A DNA stretch of 64,000 nucleotides, taken from contig OZ361258.1 of assembly GCA_977018835.1 (NCBI GenBank), forward strand, positions 1,736,001 to 1,800,000, written 5' to 3'. Of the stretch, positions 22,074 through 34,800 are shown piece by piece. The DNA is from Minutocellus sp. GHC0000111. Lineage: Eukaryota. Within the stretch, counting starts at the first letter, position 1. Every line of letters begins with the position of its first letter. The position numbers and the translations under genes were made by a program. A model generated the notes under the pieces. The model was not told where the DNA came from, ran no database searches, and saw only the letters and a program-made list of their open reading frames with translations.

Positions 22074-23276
22074 ATGACACGAATGGACGACAGCCGCCGA
22101 TTCCTCTTGGCCCTCGCCAATCACTTCATATGGTCCAGCCTGACGGTGGCCAGCCGATATCTGCAAGTCTATGCCCAGCCGCAAACCTTTGATGGCCAGG
22201 CGGTGCTCTGCACCAGTAAATTCACCAGTGCTGCGTTGCTTGCGACATGCGGTGGCTGCATGTGTCCCGAGAGAAATACTGAGGGGACGTCCAGCAAGAC
22301 CAACAGACGGGAAGAATCGAGTGACGATAATGACCCACAAACATTGGGCGGGGCCTCTCCTCAGGCGCCAGCCTTGCGGACCAAGATCACGTATGCCCTT
22401 GCCTTTGGTATTGTGGCGACGCTACGGGCTGCCCTCAATATCGCCAGCGCCAAATTTACCGTCTCGTACTACATCACAGCCATCAATTCGCTCACGCCAT
22501 TGGTGGTTTCGATCGGTGACAAAGTTCTGCTCCAAGCGAATCTACCAAGTGCACTATGGCCTTGCATTGCATCATCAGTAGTAGGATGTCTTGTTATCGC
22601 GGCATCCCAATCACCGCTGACGAAAGTCAGCACCGTCAGCAGTGATGAGGCTGACGATGTCTCCTTTACCTTCACTACTCAGGACGGCATTGGATGTGGT
22701 CTGCAGTTCATGTCGATGTGCTTTTCGGCGGGGGCAAGGCTATTGATGAAACGCACAGAGAATATTTTGACGCGTAACGAGGCAGTTCAGACCAATAATG
22801 TGTGCAATACTGTGTTCCCACTTCTGTACACACTCAGCACCAATCCTAGCGGATGGTATGCATTCCGTTCAATGACTTGGGAGTCTTTCGGGGCTTGGTT
22901 GACCGTCGCTGGGCTGGTATATACGATTGGAAGCACAGGGCAGATGGCGTTGGTGAGAGGGTTGGGCCCGGCCGTCTACTCTAGTCTTGGCGCTGTACGG
23001 GTTTTGGGCTCTGCTGTAGTCTCCGCGGTATGGTTGAACGAACCAGTACAAAATTGGATGGAGTGGCTTGGATTGTCGATAATTATGTGCACCATGACGC
23101 TCTATACTCTAGCCTCGGTTGATGTGCGACAGAGTTGGCAGCACTTGATTGGATCAAGAGGAGTTGACGCGTCCGCCACCAGTGGCGCTGTTGATGAAGA
23201 CAATAATACTCATTCACCTGAGGGCTTCTTTACCGAGCTGGTGCCACTCAAAGATGAATTGGATAATTCTACGTAG
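22074..23276 (+). CDS. Drug/metabolite transporter (EamA-like), about 10 TM
   Basis: About 10 hydrophobic segments, INSLTPLVV, LGPAVYSSL, VWLNEPVQNWMEWLG. Confidence 0.75.
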   Translation: MTRMDDSRRFLLALANHFIWSSLTVASRYLQVYAQPQTFDGQAVLCTSKFTSAALLATCGGCMCPERNTEGTSSKTNRREESSDDNDPQTLGGASPQAPALRTKITYALAFGIVATLRAALNIASAKFTVSYYITAINSLTPLVVSIGDKVLLQANLPSALWPCIASSVVGCLVIAASQSPLTKVSTVSSDEADDVSFTFTTQDGIGCGLQFMSMCFSAGARLLMKRTENILTRNEAVQTNNVCNTVFPLLYTLSTNPSGWYAFRSMTWESFGAWLTVAGLVYTIGSTGQMALVRGLGPAVYSSLGAVRVLGSAVVSAVWLNEPVQNWMEWLGLSIIMCTMTLYTLASVDVRQSWQHLIGSRGVDASATSGAVDEDNNTHSPEGFFTELVPLKDELDNST

Positions 23277-23312
23277 CTAGTCAGTAACGAAGGAAATCAT
23301 ATTATTTACATA

Positions 23313-24758
23313 TTACTTAGAACTGCAATACTCATTGATAGCAGCTGCGGCGGCGGCATGGGAATTATCAGGCGGCGCAGTGGGCTTATACGCCGTCTGA
23401 CGGAGCCAAAGCTGCGAAATCCATTTATCAGCTGACGATTCCTTGGCCACGGCCTCGCCGCAGTGGAGTGTCCTGATATCGAATGGAACATTGGGAATAC
23501 CTCCAGCCGCCGGGAAGAACAACAACGCTGATCCCTTCTTCGGTGCCACCTTGAGCGGTCCTTCATCTCCGCCGAGGTCCCGGAACATCGTCGCCCCGCC
23601 TTGCTCTTCCGAAAGATCCGACAGATACACCAGCAGAGTCGCTATTCTCTGTCCTCCAAGGCTTGCCAATTCGCCGTCGGGGGCCAAGGCATCGAGGTGC
23701 CAGGTAAACTTTTCCCCTTTCCTGTACCGAACGATCTGAGGTTCCTCCCAGCGATCAATGCCTGTCAATCCCAGAAGTCGCGATGCCTTGCCCACCAGCT
23801 CCGGCGTCGACTTGTAGTGATTGAACCACGTAGTACTTGTGCGTTGGGCTCGATCCCGAGCATTCTTACCAACTGTTTTGGATTGGATCTCAACGGTTGG
23901 CGCTAGCTCAGGATTTGGCTTCATTGCCAGTTGAATGTATTTGTCGCATTCCTCGGCGGTGAAGAAATCGTCAACTACTAATACCAATGGGTCGATGCTC
24001 AACACGCGAAATTTCTCAAAGGGGGGCAATTTGGCGAGGTCCAATGGACCAACCGGTGCCGTTGGGTCAACCTTGGGTTTTGTAGTGGTGGCTGTAGAAG
24101 AGCTGCTGCCTCTACCAGTCGCTTCGGCAATCAAATCTGAAAAGTCAGAGGCCGGCGTAGATGATGAGGACTTGGACGATCCAAGCAAGTCACCAAAGTC
24201 AGAAGATGATGAGGATGCCGAAGAGGACGACTCCCCTCCTGATAGTAGCTCATCAAACGACATCTGTGATGAGGATGCCGACGTTGCTGTATCCTTTGCT
24301 TCGTCATCCTCACATGGGTCTTCTCCCTCGGCGTAGTTGAACCAATCGAAACCATAAATTTGCGCCAGCCGGTCGTACATTTCACCATCGAGATCACCCG
24401 CAACAGTACGAAGCTCGGCAGGTGCAGGGATCAGGGTCTCCTTGACGCCCGCCTCCAACGCGGGGAAAGCCGAATAATCATCGTCAACATCGACGACTTC
24501 TGCGGCAGCTTGCTTCTTTCCGAACCCTCCACCGGCCGATGCAGCACCTCCGGCCTTCTTTTTGCCCTTCTTGTTCTTCTTTCCGGCTCCCTTGGCATGA
24601 AGCCGTGTCAACACATCTGTCACAGGCACAGCAGAGGTGGAGGTGACACCACCAAAAGTAAAACCCAGTACATGATGAGCGGGAAATGAGTGAGCAGCAA
24701 CCACGAGGGCGGCCACCGCTGCCACCATTGGAGCATATCCGCTTGTCGAAGGAAGCAT
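23313..24758 (-). CDS. Prolyl 4-hydroxylase-type 2OG-Fe(II) dioxygenase, probably plastid/ER-targeted
   Basis: RTSTTW, EEPQIVRY, WHLD, GGQRIATLLVYL, GGATMF, PKKGSALLFF, TLHCGEAV, KWISQLW; N-terminal signal. Confidence 0.9.
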   Translation of the reverse strand: MLPSTSGYAPMVAAVAALVVAAHSFPAHHVLGFTFGGVTSTSAVPVTDVLTRLHAKGAGKKNKKGKKKAGGAASAGGGFGKKQAAAEVVDVDDDYSAFPALEAGVKETLIPAPAELRTVAGDLDGEMYDRLAQIYGFDWFNYAEGEDPCEDDEAKDTATSASSSQMSFDELLSGGESSSSASSSSSDFGDLLGSSKSSSSTPASDFSDLIAEATGRGSSSSTATTTKPKVDPTAPVGPLDLAKLPPFEKFRVLSIDPLVLVVDDFFTAEECDKYIQLAMKPNPELAPTVEIQSKTVGKNARDRAQRTSTTWFNHYKSTPELVGKASRLLGLTGIDRWEEPQIVRYRKGEKFTWHLDALAPDGELASLGGQRIATLLVYLSDLSEEQGGATMFRDLGGDEGPLKVAPKKGSALLFFPAAGGIPNVPFDIRTLHCGEAVAKESSADKWISQLWLRQTAYKPTAPPDNSHAAAAAAINEYCSSK

Positions 24759-25842
24759 CTTGGTCCAGGCTACTACTATCGAACTATGTTTGTGCGGTTG
24801 TATCCGTTGTAGTAGATCCGCCGGTGCGGTGCGAGCACGTACGTACGCACATGACGGGTGGACGGAAAGACGCCACGGTCTCAGCTGAAATAGTGACGCG
24901 GGGTTATGGTTTTCTCATCTCAAGAGGATTATCCTCCAGATTCTCCTCAACTTCTCCACCGCGATGTCACTTTCTCAATAGGTATGCCTTCTCCGCCAAA
25001 TTGACGATAGCGAGGCTTCCACTCGGATGGTATGTGCCCAAGCTGAGGCCCGATGGCATTTTCCCTGGCGATTGGGTCGATAGTTCAGCCAAACTATCTC
25101 ATGTTGTGATTTTTGGAGGGTGTTTCGTCCTTCTGGAATGTCAAAATTACCTTCATGACAATAATTTGGGTCCATGCACGTCCATTCACCACATCGATAC
25201 CTTATTCCCACCTATATATGATATGAAGTGGCTCGTTGATGGAAAGGTTCGGAGGGTTTGTTCAAGGATTGGTAATTTATGAGTATCTGAATGTTTCGCG
25301 GAGGTTGACGCCAGAATTCGAGAGGTGCCGAGTCCAAAAAAAATCAACACTGATGCTGAATGACAAGGAATCTCAACTACTGAAGAAGGAGATTATCAAA
25401 TGACGACCTTAGTGTACTTGAGATATCTCTATACTCATGAAAGATCCTATGTGCTGGTGTGGAAAATTATTATAAAGACAAAACGATGCAGAAATAAACT
25501 TATTTTTCACAAATCTCGAAGGACGTCTCGCGGGAGAGCGGCATACATGTAGCTCGACGACAAACCACCAAGTCAATAGCACTCACATAGAGTCGCATTA
25601 GGATGCATATCTGGTCAAATTATATGGGTAGTAGTTGTAGTAGAATGACTTACTTGGCAATTATTTGTAGACGTTACTACTACCTGTGAGTAAGGTTGGT
25701 GCTGGCGAAAACCCCGGTACCATAGCTATGAGAATGACCATGGAGCTGCATTTTGTGGACAAACGAGTAGCATGGACGATATATTTGCCTCTAAAAAGAA
25801 AAATGCATTTGCATGTATTCTATTAGTGTTATCATTATCTAG

Positions 25843-28800
25843 CTACAAAACTCCGACGCACACTCTCTGGTAGGCATCGTAAAAGCCAGTGCGCCAGCTA
25901 CCTGCACTTTCATCAATCAAGCTATCTACATACTGCTTGCAGGCTCGATCGGTGAGGTCAAGGCGAAAGCGCTGGCGCAATTCCTCGATTGCCCTCTCCG
26001 GCTGACCACGGAAGCATTGTAAGTCTTCGCCAGATTCGGCAAGCATTTCAGTAATGAGTATGATTTGATAGCAGTGTTTTCGGAGTTCAATGAACGTTTT
26101 GTAGCATAGCTCACGGAATTTGTCGAATGTGTGCGAATCAGGACCGTCCATCAAATCGATAAATTCGGATGTAAACTTGAAGGGGGCCGACTCGAAGCCG
26201 CTATTCTTGCCAGGCGAGGACAAGAAAAAGAAGCCAAAGTCGATGTGGATCAAATGACCTCGGCTCGTAAGCAGGATGTTCCCATTATGACGGTCCTTGA
26301 TTTGTAGCAGATAGCAGACCATGGAATACGCCGCGAGAGACTCGACGAAATTGGCTTTGGCTTGCGCATGCTCGTCAGAGTCGGGCTGGCCGAAATGATC
26401 GACGAAGAACGTCTTGAGGTCTACGTATTCTGGGATATTTCCCTTTAGAGAGGAAAGACTGATGGTGTCCGGGATCGCCTCGATCAAACCACATCTATCA
26501 GAGAGAGCGATGATCTCATACCTGCAGAGAAGCCATGCGCAGGATGCAGGAAGAAAAGGTGGATAACGAAAAATCAGGCTACGCAATTTTCAACAAAACG
26601 AGGGATGACAAGAAAAGGTTAACAAAAAAATCATGACGAGTCCCAGCACGAGAAAACTCACGGATAAAGCCAAACAGGAATCTTTGCCCGTGCCAATATA
26701 GATGCGCATCGATGAATGATCTGAGATGCCAACTGCTCTTGTCGACAGTCATCGTTAGACTTGACGAGAACTGGCAATAGCTTCCAATTAGGATCAGTTC
26801 CAAACGCAGAACTTGAACGCACCCGCTCTTCTTTTGCGGACCAATCTTCTTTGAAGACGACGGGCGGTGGCCGACTTCGTTTCTTTTTCGTTTCCTTCTT
26901 TTTGCTGTCGACATTTGTGCTGGTGACCACATCTTGGTCGTGGTGTGAACCGAGCGACGGCAGTACAAGACTGTTGATACCTTCTGCTTCTCCACGCAGC
27001 GTCATCGTGCGCACGTTCAGCAAATCTGTTGAAACCTTGGCTTTCTTCTTCTCGAGGCCTGGGCTGTGCCATTGGCTCGAAGAAAAATCTGCGCTGGGTG
27101 ATGGCGGGCGGGAACTGGCTCGACTGGAAGATGGCGAAGACGCGGCTGTCATTTTACCACGTGAGGTCAAACCCACCGAGCTCGATGCGCTTCCAGATGG
27201 AATCATCGGAGGCCTGCTGCTGCCACCATCTACTTTGGCCAATGCCGCAATGTCCTGAGCAGCTTTGGTATAGTGCTACTCGTTGCCACATCTTCATCAG
27301 TATCCGGGAAAAGAACCTCACCATCACTGTTAGGCGCACCAACAACCTCGAAGAACCGATCTCGTTGGAGATGAAAATTGGCATCGATATCATTCCGTAG
27401 TCTTCTACCAAAAGTGGACAACTTGTCTCGTACTGTGTTATGGCGCTGGGCCGGCCGTTCGTCTTGGAACCAGGATTTTAGTGCGTCACCCTCACCGCTT
27501 CGTCCATGGACTGCATCATGAATGCTGCGAGCCACTTCATCAACGGATCTTCCCTGAAGACTCGTCCTATGTTCTTGGCTTTCGTCTTGAGGATGGGATA
27601 GAACCTCAAACTGAAAAATAATGTGGAGAAGAAAGAATAGAAGGATACGAGGATGAGTGTGAGCGTGTGTGTGAGAGAAGGCAAGCAAGGGCCTAACTAC
27701 CTAAAACTGAAGAAGTAAAGAACTCACGGTAATGATGCACGGAACACGCTCGTTGGTAGATAGAGCGACGGATTCTTCGGGTACTGCTCTCCAAATCTGA
27801 TGATGAACATCTGCGGTTGATGGTAAGTAAATCACATTTGACGGCAATAGTTCCACCTCCAACGACCTCAATCGATTTCGGAGCTCCTTGGTTCGATCGG
27901 CCTTCTCAACGAGCATTAAGTCATCAGCAATAGAAGTGAGCGCATCAAGGAACTTTGGCGTCGATAGGAACTGATTTTCCAATTCAGTCTCTGGCGCGTC
28001 CAAACCATTATTGCGTGGCTGGAAAATATATTTTCCTTTGGATGACGAATTCAAAGCCCGAAGGTGGGCATCCGACGGTTTGCCCGTCGCGGTATCAATA
28101 GGCACCATCCCTGTTTTTACCAAATCTTCGGTTGACTGATATGGGGACGCTCTTCCAGTAGATAAGGTTGTCGTTTCGCCATTGGCAGAGGTGTGCCCAA
28201 CGTCTAAGGGATCATTCCTCAGTTTCACTATGGCCTCTCCACAACACTCAATGATCCGCTGGAGGAGATCTTCAATTAGTCGATGCTCTTCGATGGGAAA
28301 TTTGGAATTCCGACGGATATATTCTGGTCGCTCACCAGAGGTCTTGGCGCCACCAGATTGTTGTTGTTGAGAATCTACGAGATACAAATTAGTCTCGCTA
28401 CCACATCGCTTCGAAAGTGACCGCATCGAAGAAGAAGATGGTAAAGATTCGATGTCCATTGCACCTAAGGATGCGGCAGCCTCCACGTCCGGCACTGTCG
28501 AATCATCGTCTGCTCCAACATTTGAATGCTCAAACTTTCCTTGACCAAGGGCCCAACCGCGTAAGAACCAGAAGCATCGGTGAGCGAAGTGAATGTTTGT
28601 CCGGCAGCAGTCTAAAATCCATCGTTCCAGCTGTGAGCTTGATAAGAAGGCCCCGTGCAACAAAAACGACAAAAGCTGAGGAGCATAAAATACCAAAGCC
28701 GTGGCAGAATCTTCGTCATAATGCTTGCCAATTCCAAATGCTTTGTCAAGCTTCCCCGTTCCTATCACATCCTCATACGCGTAAAGTTGCAATAATGCCT

Positions 28801-30205
28801 GGAAGGGCGACAATTGAAGCAATCGGCCCATTCCGCTGGAGATTGGCGGGGACAAGCCGCGCAGAGGCGACGCCTGTCGACTGTCAGTTCCACCACTATC
28901 ATCCAAGGCGAAGTTGACGCCATCTCCACCATGAAGTTGTGCGTTCAAATTGCGTTGTACATCCTCAAGTCGCGCCGACCACTGCCGCCGGGCCGAGTTC
29001 AGCGTATGTTGTAAGTCCGACATAATCTCATCGTACCGACCAAGTGCTGACCCAAAGGAATTTCCACGAGATTTTTGGCTTTGAGAAGGCCGCGATGGAA
29101 GGGAATCATTTGGAAGGGCCACAATGACTGGTCCAGAATTTTTAGAACTTGAACTAGATCCAGCGGATGCGCCGCTACGTCGGAATATGTGTCTACCAAG
29201 CGCCTCATCATTTGTAACGGCACTATCCTCTGCACCTTCGATATTTTCAGCTGCTGGGATTGAACTATATGTCATGTTCCCGCTTGTCTTCTTCTTCAGC
29301 ACCGGCTTTTTGGCAATGATATTTTTGGAGGGCGATCCGACTTCAAAACTAGCCTCTATCGGAATGTCATGTTCATCTGCTCCATCCCCATTCGAACCGT
29401 AAAACCGCCGATAAGCATAGTAAGCCATCACCTTCCTATCTTTTCGTCTGTTGTCATCGCGAACAATGCTGTATTCCATGGGCGCAGTACTGCGAACGTG
29501 CATCAAAATTACGACATGGAAAAATGTCGATAAGAAGGAAAGCACCGAGATGATCCATAGATGGTCAATGAGAATTGAGGAGGACGTTGGCACCGGCTGG
29601 TGCTCATCCTGGAGATTCCTCCAGTCTCCATCCTCTTTGTCATCATAATCCCGCCCATCGCCGACTTCCTCTCGAACGAAACCACCGAATCCTTCCTCAA
29701 GGAATGTCCGAACCTCATGAGAAATCTTTGCAGCGACTGTGGTGTTGTTAGTTGTGCTTCCATTACTATTGCCACGCCCTTTCAAGAAAGGATGCAACCC
29801 CGACGGTAAACCGTCGGGCTCCAAATCCACATGAAGTTTCCATCCACCGCTGCTGCTGTGCTCTTCGGCATTGATGAGCAACCAAATCAAACAAGCCGCA
29901 GCGGCACCCAAACTCAAACAATGAAAGGCGTAGTGAATCTTCTGGTAGGGGATCCTCGTTCCCTTGAAGGTGTGATGCGATAGCGGATACATCAGGACGA
30001 CCAGCCGGACGGCCGAGCAGAAGAGCAGGATGTGCAGGAATATAGTTGCTACCCTTGGTAGTGGTGGGGACGATTCGCCGGCATTTTGGCCATCAAAGCC
30101 ATCTTCGTCATAGTCCTTGCCATCGTCATTGTGCCGACCACGCAAACCAACGTAAAGGATGGACAGGTCGGTCAAGGCCGATAACAATGCTGGCAAGAGG
30201 AACAT
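25843..30205 (-). CDS. Phosphatidylinositol 4-kinase (type III beta-like) with N-terminal TM region, 3 exons, frameshift at about 27270
   Basis: FYAPQLLSFL (helical domain), LSTNERVP, VLVKSNDDCRQEQLA, QIKDRHNGNILL, HIDFGF, FESAPFK. Introns 27727-27611 and 26661-26522. Confidence 0.9.
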
Positions 30206-31877
30206 TGTTTATTTCGTGCTGGTTTGTCTGTCTGCCGTGCCCAGACTACACGATTCTTTTGATGGCTATGCCACGATTGGGCACACAGCGGTGTCAACAA
30301 ATGATGGGCAATATCGCCGTAGATTGATGTAGAAGGCAACGCCCCCGAGAGGCCGACCGGCCACTTGAAGGCAGTGAGGTTCCCCGAGGTGAAAGTGCCG
30401 TTTTTTTGGCTTGATGAAGCAACGACCTCCCTTCTTGCCTGACTAATGTCCGCTACTGTCGCGAAGCCAAACAAGAATTTGCAGTGTCGAGACAGCAGCG
30501 CACAGCAATAGGCCGCGTTAGGCGACGATAGAGGCGAGGCAGCACGAGCAATACAATGCAGAGACGGCCGAGCGATGGGAAATGCGATTCCCTGCATGCA
30601 ACCAGCCCCAACTTCCTGCAACGCAACTCTCAGCCGAGCCACTCCCAGAAAATAAAATATGGTCTTGCCATCATCCGCCAAAGAGTGCATCTGAGACCTC
30701 ATCGGCTCGGCCGTCCGTTCCAGCCAAAACGTTGAGCGAGGAAGAGCAGGAGGCCAGAGGGCCGATCATGTGATAGGCTCATCTCTTCGCGCGAATCCCC
30801 ACTTCGTCCCAGAGGGGAACGATTCCTGCAATGTTTTCTTCTGGTCAGGAAATTCGCAGCAGGGCGTCCGGAGTTCTTTTGCTGCCTGACAGTCAGGAAT
30901 GATTGTGCCATGCATCGATGACGCTGGTACGATCAGTGCTTGGAAGCGCCATGGAGAAAGGCATTCCGTGGCGAGAGGGTGAGTGCAGTTGAGCAAAAGA
31001 GGCTTGGTAGTTCCAGATTTGATAAATCGTCGGAGCCGATCTGTTGCTGCGTTGGATGTTGTTGGCCGACTTTACCCCAGTGAAAGACGAAAGTATTGCT
31101 GGGCCCATGACGATTCAGATGTCGCTACCCACTGCAAAGGCACGGCGTCAAAAGCCCGGCCGAGAGGCTGGTGTCATCTTTGCGCCCTCTGCCGATGCAA
31201 CTCAATGTGTGCGTTCGTAACATCAGACCACAATTTTCTGAGGCCAGCAATCTGTCTGTTTGTTGAAGTCGATTCACTCTTCCGTTTGCAGTATGGTTCA
31301 CATTGTTTGATTTCGATTCTTGTGCAATTATGGTTTGCCGTCGTTTGGTATGGGTGTGCGATGCAGTAGTCAGGCCAATGATACATTAAAGTTTGAGATC
31401 ACGATGCAGATACTTTTCTGCAAGAGAGTGACAGCATATTCTTGATGAGGCCTTGACGTGCATTCATGCTCGCTCGTAGTGCTAGTGGCAATGCGGAACC
31501 GCGGGAGAACACCTATGTTTGTCAAGCTTTATTCGGGCAACTCTCCTCGATACTTACGCACACACATGGCAAATCTGCAAATTCCTCTTTTCCCTTCTCA
31601 ACTGATCTACCTGTAACAGCGCTACGTAGCTAGAATCTATTCAGACCCCACGCCTTTTCGGTCGGTTCACTTGCTTGCTTAAGTTTTCATTGGGGCTTGA
31701 TGATTTTCGCTGACATATTGACACATCACAGGGTGCCGTTAATATCGATACACTGAGATTAGTAACGGGATGGGGCATGGGATCTCATTATCAACGAAAG
31801 CAAGCAGGCAAGCAAGCACTTATCATCATCGCAGTCAGCCGGACGGCAGTCTGCCGTGTGCGGGCGGCGGCGCGCGG

Positions 31878-34800
31878 GTGTTGTGACCAATCTGCCCCGT
31901 GCGCAATCTACCCGGAAAACGGGACCACCGGCAGATTGCGCGTAAATCTGCCCTGATTTTCAGAATCAGGTTACAATCTGCCCCGACGATCAGGGTAGAT
32001 TGCGCGGGCGTGCATCTCGACGGTATCGCCTCCATTGACGCTCGCATCTCGCGGCCTTCACCTGTTTGTGCTCACATTGCAATAGGCATTGTTGCTGTGG
32101 CTCTGTTGTCATCAAATCATGCGAAGAGAGATGGTCGACGACACAACGAATCCAACCGAAAGTATCGACATTGCGATGGTTTCTCGACAATGAATTCCAG
32201 GCTGCCACCGAGCTTGCCGAAGATTACGATGCTCGACTGATTCTGGCAGATGAAACATATGAAAAAATAACGAGCGTATCAAATCAGTGCTGATGCAGAC
32301 GGTCCAAGACTTGTTTAGACCGCCGCAAGGATGGAACGCAATTCTTTCTGATTTGCAGAAAGCTGGAGAGAGAATATTGACCCACAACTGCCTACAAATT
32401 CCAAAACAAAATCGAGAGGCATTGTTTCTATTCGATTTGGACATGCTGCAATCAGCGCCAGATATACTGCGACTGCATGAAGCGAGAATATCCAGATTTG
32501 CCAAGGGCCGACTTTGACATGCTGCGACTGCAGCAAGAAGCGAGAAGCAACATCTGATAACAACATAATTTTATGAAATATACTAGCGGCATTCTTTGCT
32601 GATTTGTAATATATAATCTTGATACTACATGTACTTTTTAAAACATTGAATGAATTGTACATATGTCTGTGTATGAGCACATTTGAGCATTCGTTTCCTG
32701 ATTCATTTCCTACATGTACTACGTACCAAACATGGCTTGGATGCTCGGCGCTTCAGAAAGGTTCTCCCCCCTTCTTTTGGGAGTTTGATCGAAAAACCGC
32801 CCACCCCGCCCCACCGGCAACATTGGAATTCGGTTTGGTGGGACACATGCATGCATGGGGATCGTGTCAGTTTGCGGATCCCCATTCTGGTTCCGATGAT
32901 CTTTGAGCTTCTTCTTTTTCCGTAGCTTGCTTGTGCATCCTCACCGTAATTCTTCGCTGCAGCAGACGGGTCTGGCCGCAGACCCACTGCTGCTGCCAAT
33001 TCGGCAATCGTCGGCGCACCGGGCTTGTGCAGTCTCTCTTCCTTGTTTTGGCCCTGAGAATGTTCTCTTCCTCGTCGCTATCATGGTCACTGCACTCTCC
33101 TCGGTCCCACCGCTCTTGCCTCTCCATGTCCTCCATGCGAATTCCGAATTCCATCTTGACGTAACTCGCCTTTTCATCCTCCCTCAGCGTGGCCATAGCC
33201 CTCTCCACACCCGGGCCGGATCGGGTGCTGGAGTACTAGCTGCTGCTGCAGCCGCCTTCGCCGCTGCCTGTTACAGATCGGCGACATGATTTGTATATTT
33301 TATCGAGGCGAGGGCAGAAACCAGGGTACCTTTCGGTTTCAGAGGATTTGTAGAGGGTATACCAATAACCCCTAAAAAAGGTCATTCTTGCACCCATTTC
33401 TCATTTCCCACCACGTGTTTTGTTAGTCGACATTCTCTTCGGGAGGAACGCAAACACTCCTCAACTCGTGGATATCTACTGGACCTGCTCATTCAGTAGG
33501 TTGCCACCGACCAGTAATATCCACTGAATTCGCAGGTCCAGTAGATTCTGGCAGGAACACATGTATTTTTTGGTCCCCCGCACACCCTCACCACCCCACC
33601 GCAACCCGCAAATTTTGTGACGATGACGACGACCAACCAGACCACGCCCAAAAATACAAACGCAGCAGAACTTCGTTCTCAGGGAGCAAGAGAGGCAACA
33701 CCAAGGCATCCAGGAAGGCGGCAAAGGCGGCAGCTGAGCCGAAAACACCATCGCCGAGCGCAAACACGTCGAAGAAGCGGCCGCCACGGTCGGTCAAATT
33801 CGCCCGCCAAACCGTCACCGTCGTCGGCGAAGAAGAGGACGGCCCCTCCTCCTATCCCCATGGCCTTTCTCCTTGCAGCAGATGTCATTCGAAGGGCTGG
33901 TAAGGATCTGTGGTGGAGAGTAACCCCCGATTCCTGCGGCAAAGATGACATTTGTGTTGGTTCTCGGCAGAAATGGGGGAAGACGTCCTCCCTTCTTTCA
34001 TCGAGGCCGACTTGTTGCGTTCCAAGTCCGTCGGTGGAGGAAAGTATGAGCTACAGTACAACGAGGAAAAATGGAAGGACATGCAGCAACATCTCAAGGA
34101 GCATTGTAGTTTGAAGTTGCACTTGTCGACGTGTCGGCCGAGAGGGAAGACAAGACGCAGGGCGCTTTGTGTTTGTGCTCACAGGTTGCGTAAAAAGAAG
34201 GAGGACAACCACCCGAAATTCTCTGGACCGGAGGGACAGAAGGTGCACGAGAAAAGAAATCCCGATGAAGTTCTGTTCTCTGGGCGCTCGACTGTCTTAG
34301 CTACTAAGCTAGGTGAGAGGTTGTCAGCTCACAGAAAGGAGGCACAGTCAGCGCATTGCGAAGCAAGAGCAAAATCACTAGTCGACGAGGCCAAGAAACT
34401 GGGTTGGATGCCAGCAAGTCTCCTCAGCATGCTGAAGGGAACTGGTGATACTTCCGCCACTGAAGCAGCTGCAGCCTCCCCCAATGATGAAGGTTTAGGA
34501 GGAGCCGATACTTCCGTTGTCTGTGCCACCTCCAGTGACATTGATGAACAGGTAAAGGTCGCTCTCGGCCTCGACTTTGTTGTTCGGATGGCCAACGATG
34601 ACATGCTCCGTCCTCCTCGTCCCAATGCAACCGTCACCGAACCAATGCCAATCAGAAAAGAAAAGCAGGCGAATGAAAGAATGCGGTTCAGCGCCGTGGC
34701 TCTCGCGGATTGGTGGGGACACGGCGACCCAACTCGCACGCATGAAGACCGGCAACAAATTGCAACTAACTGCCGCGTGTCGGCAAGTTGCGCACGATCA

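Noticed and set aside
30300..31830. Short ORFs upstream of PI4K (also 21000-22000 and 24800-25800)
   Set aside because: No motifs or codon bias; treated as intergenic.
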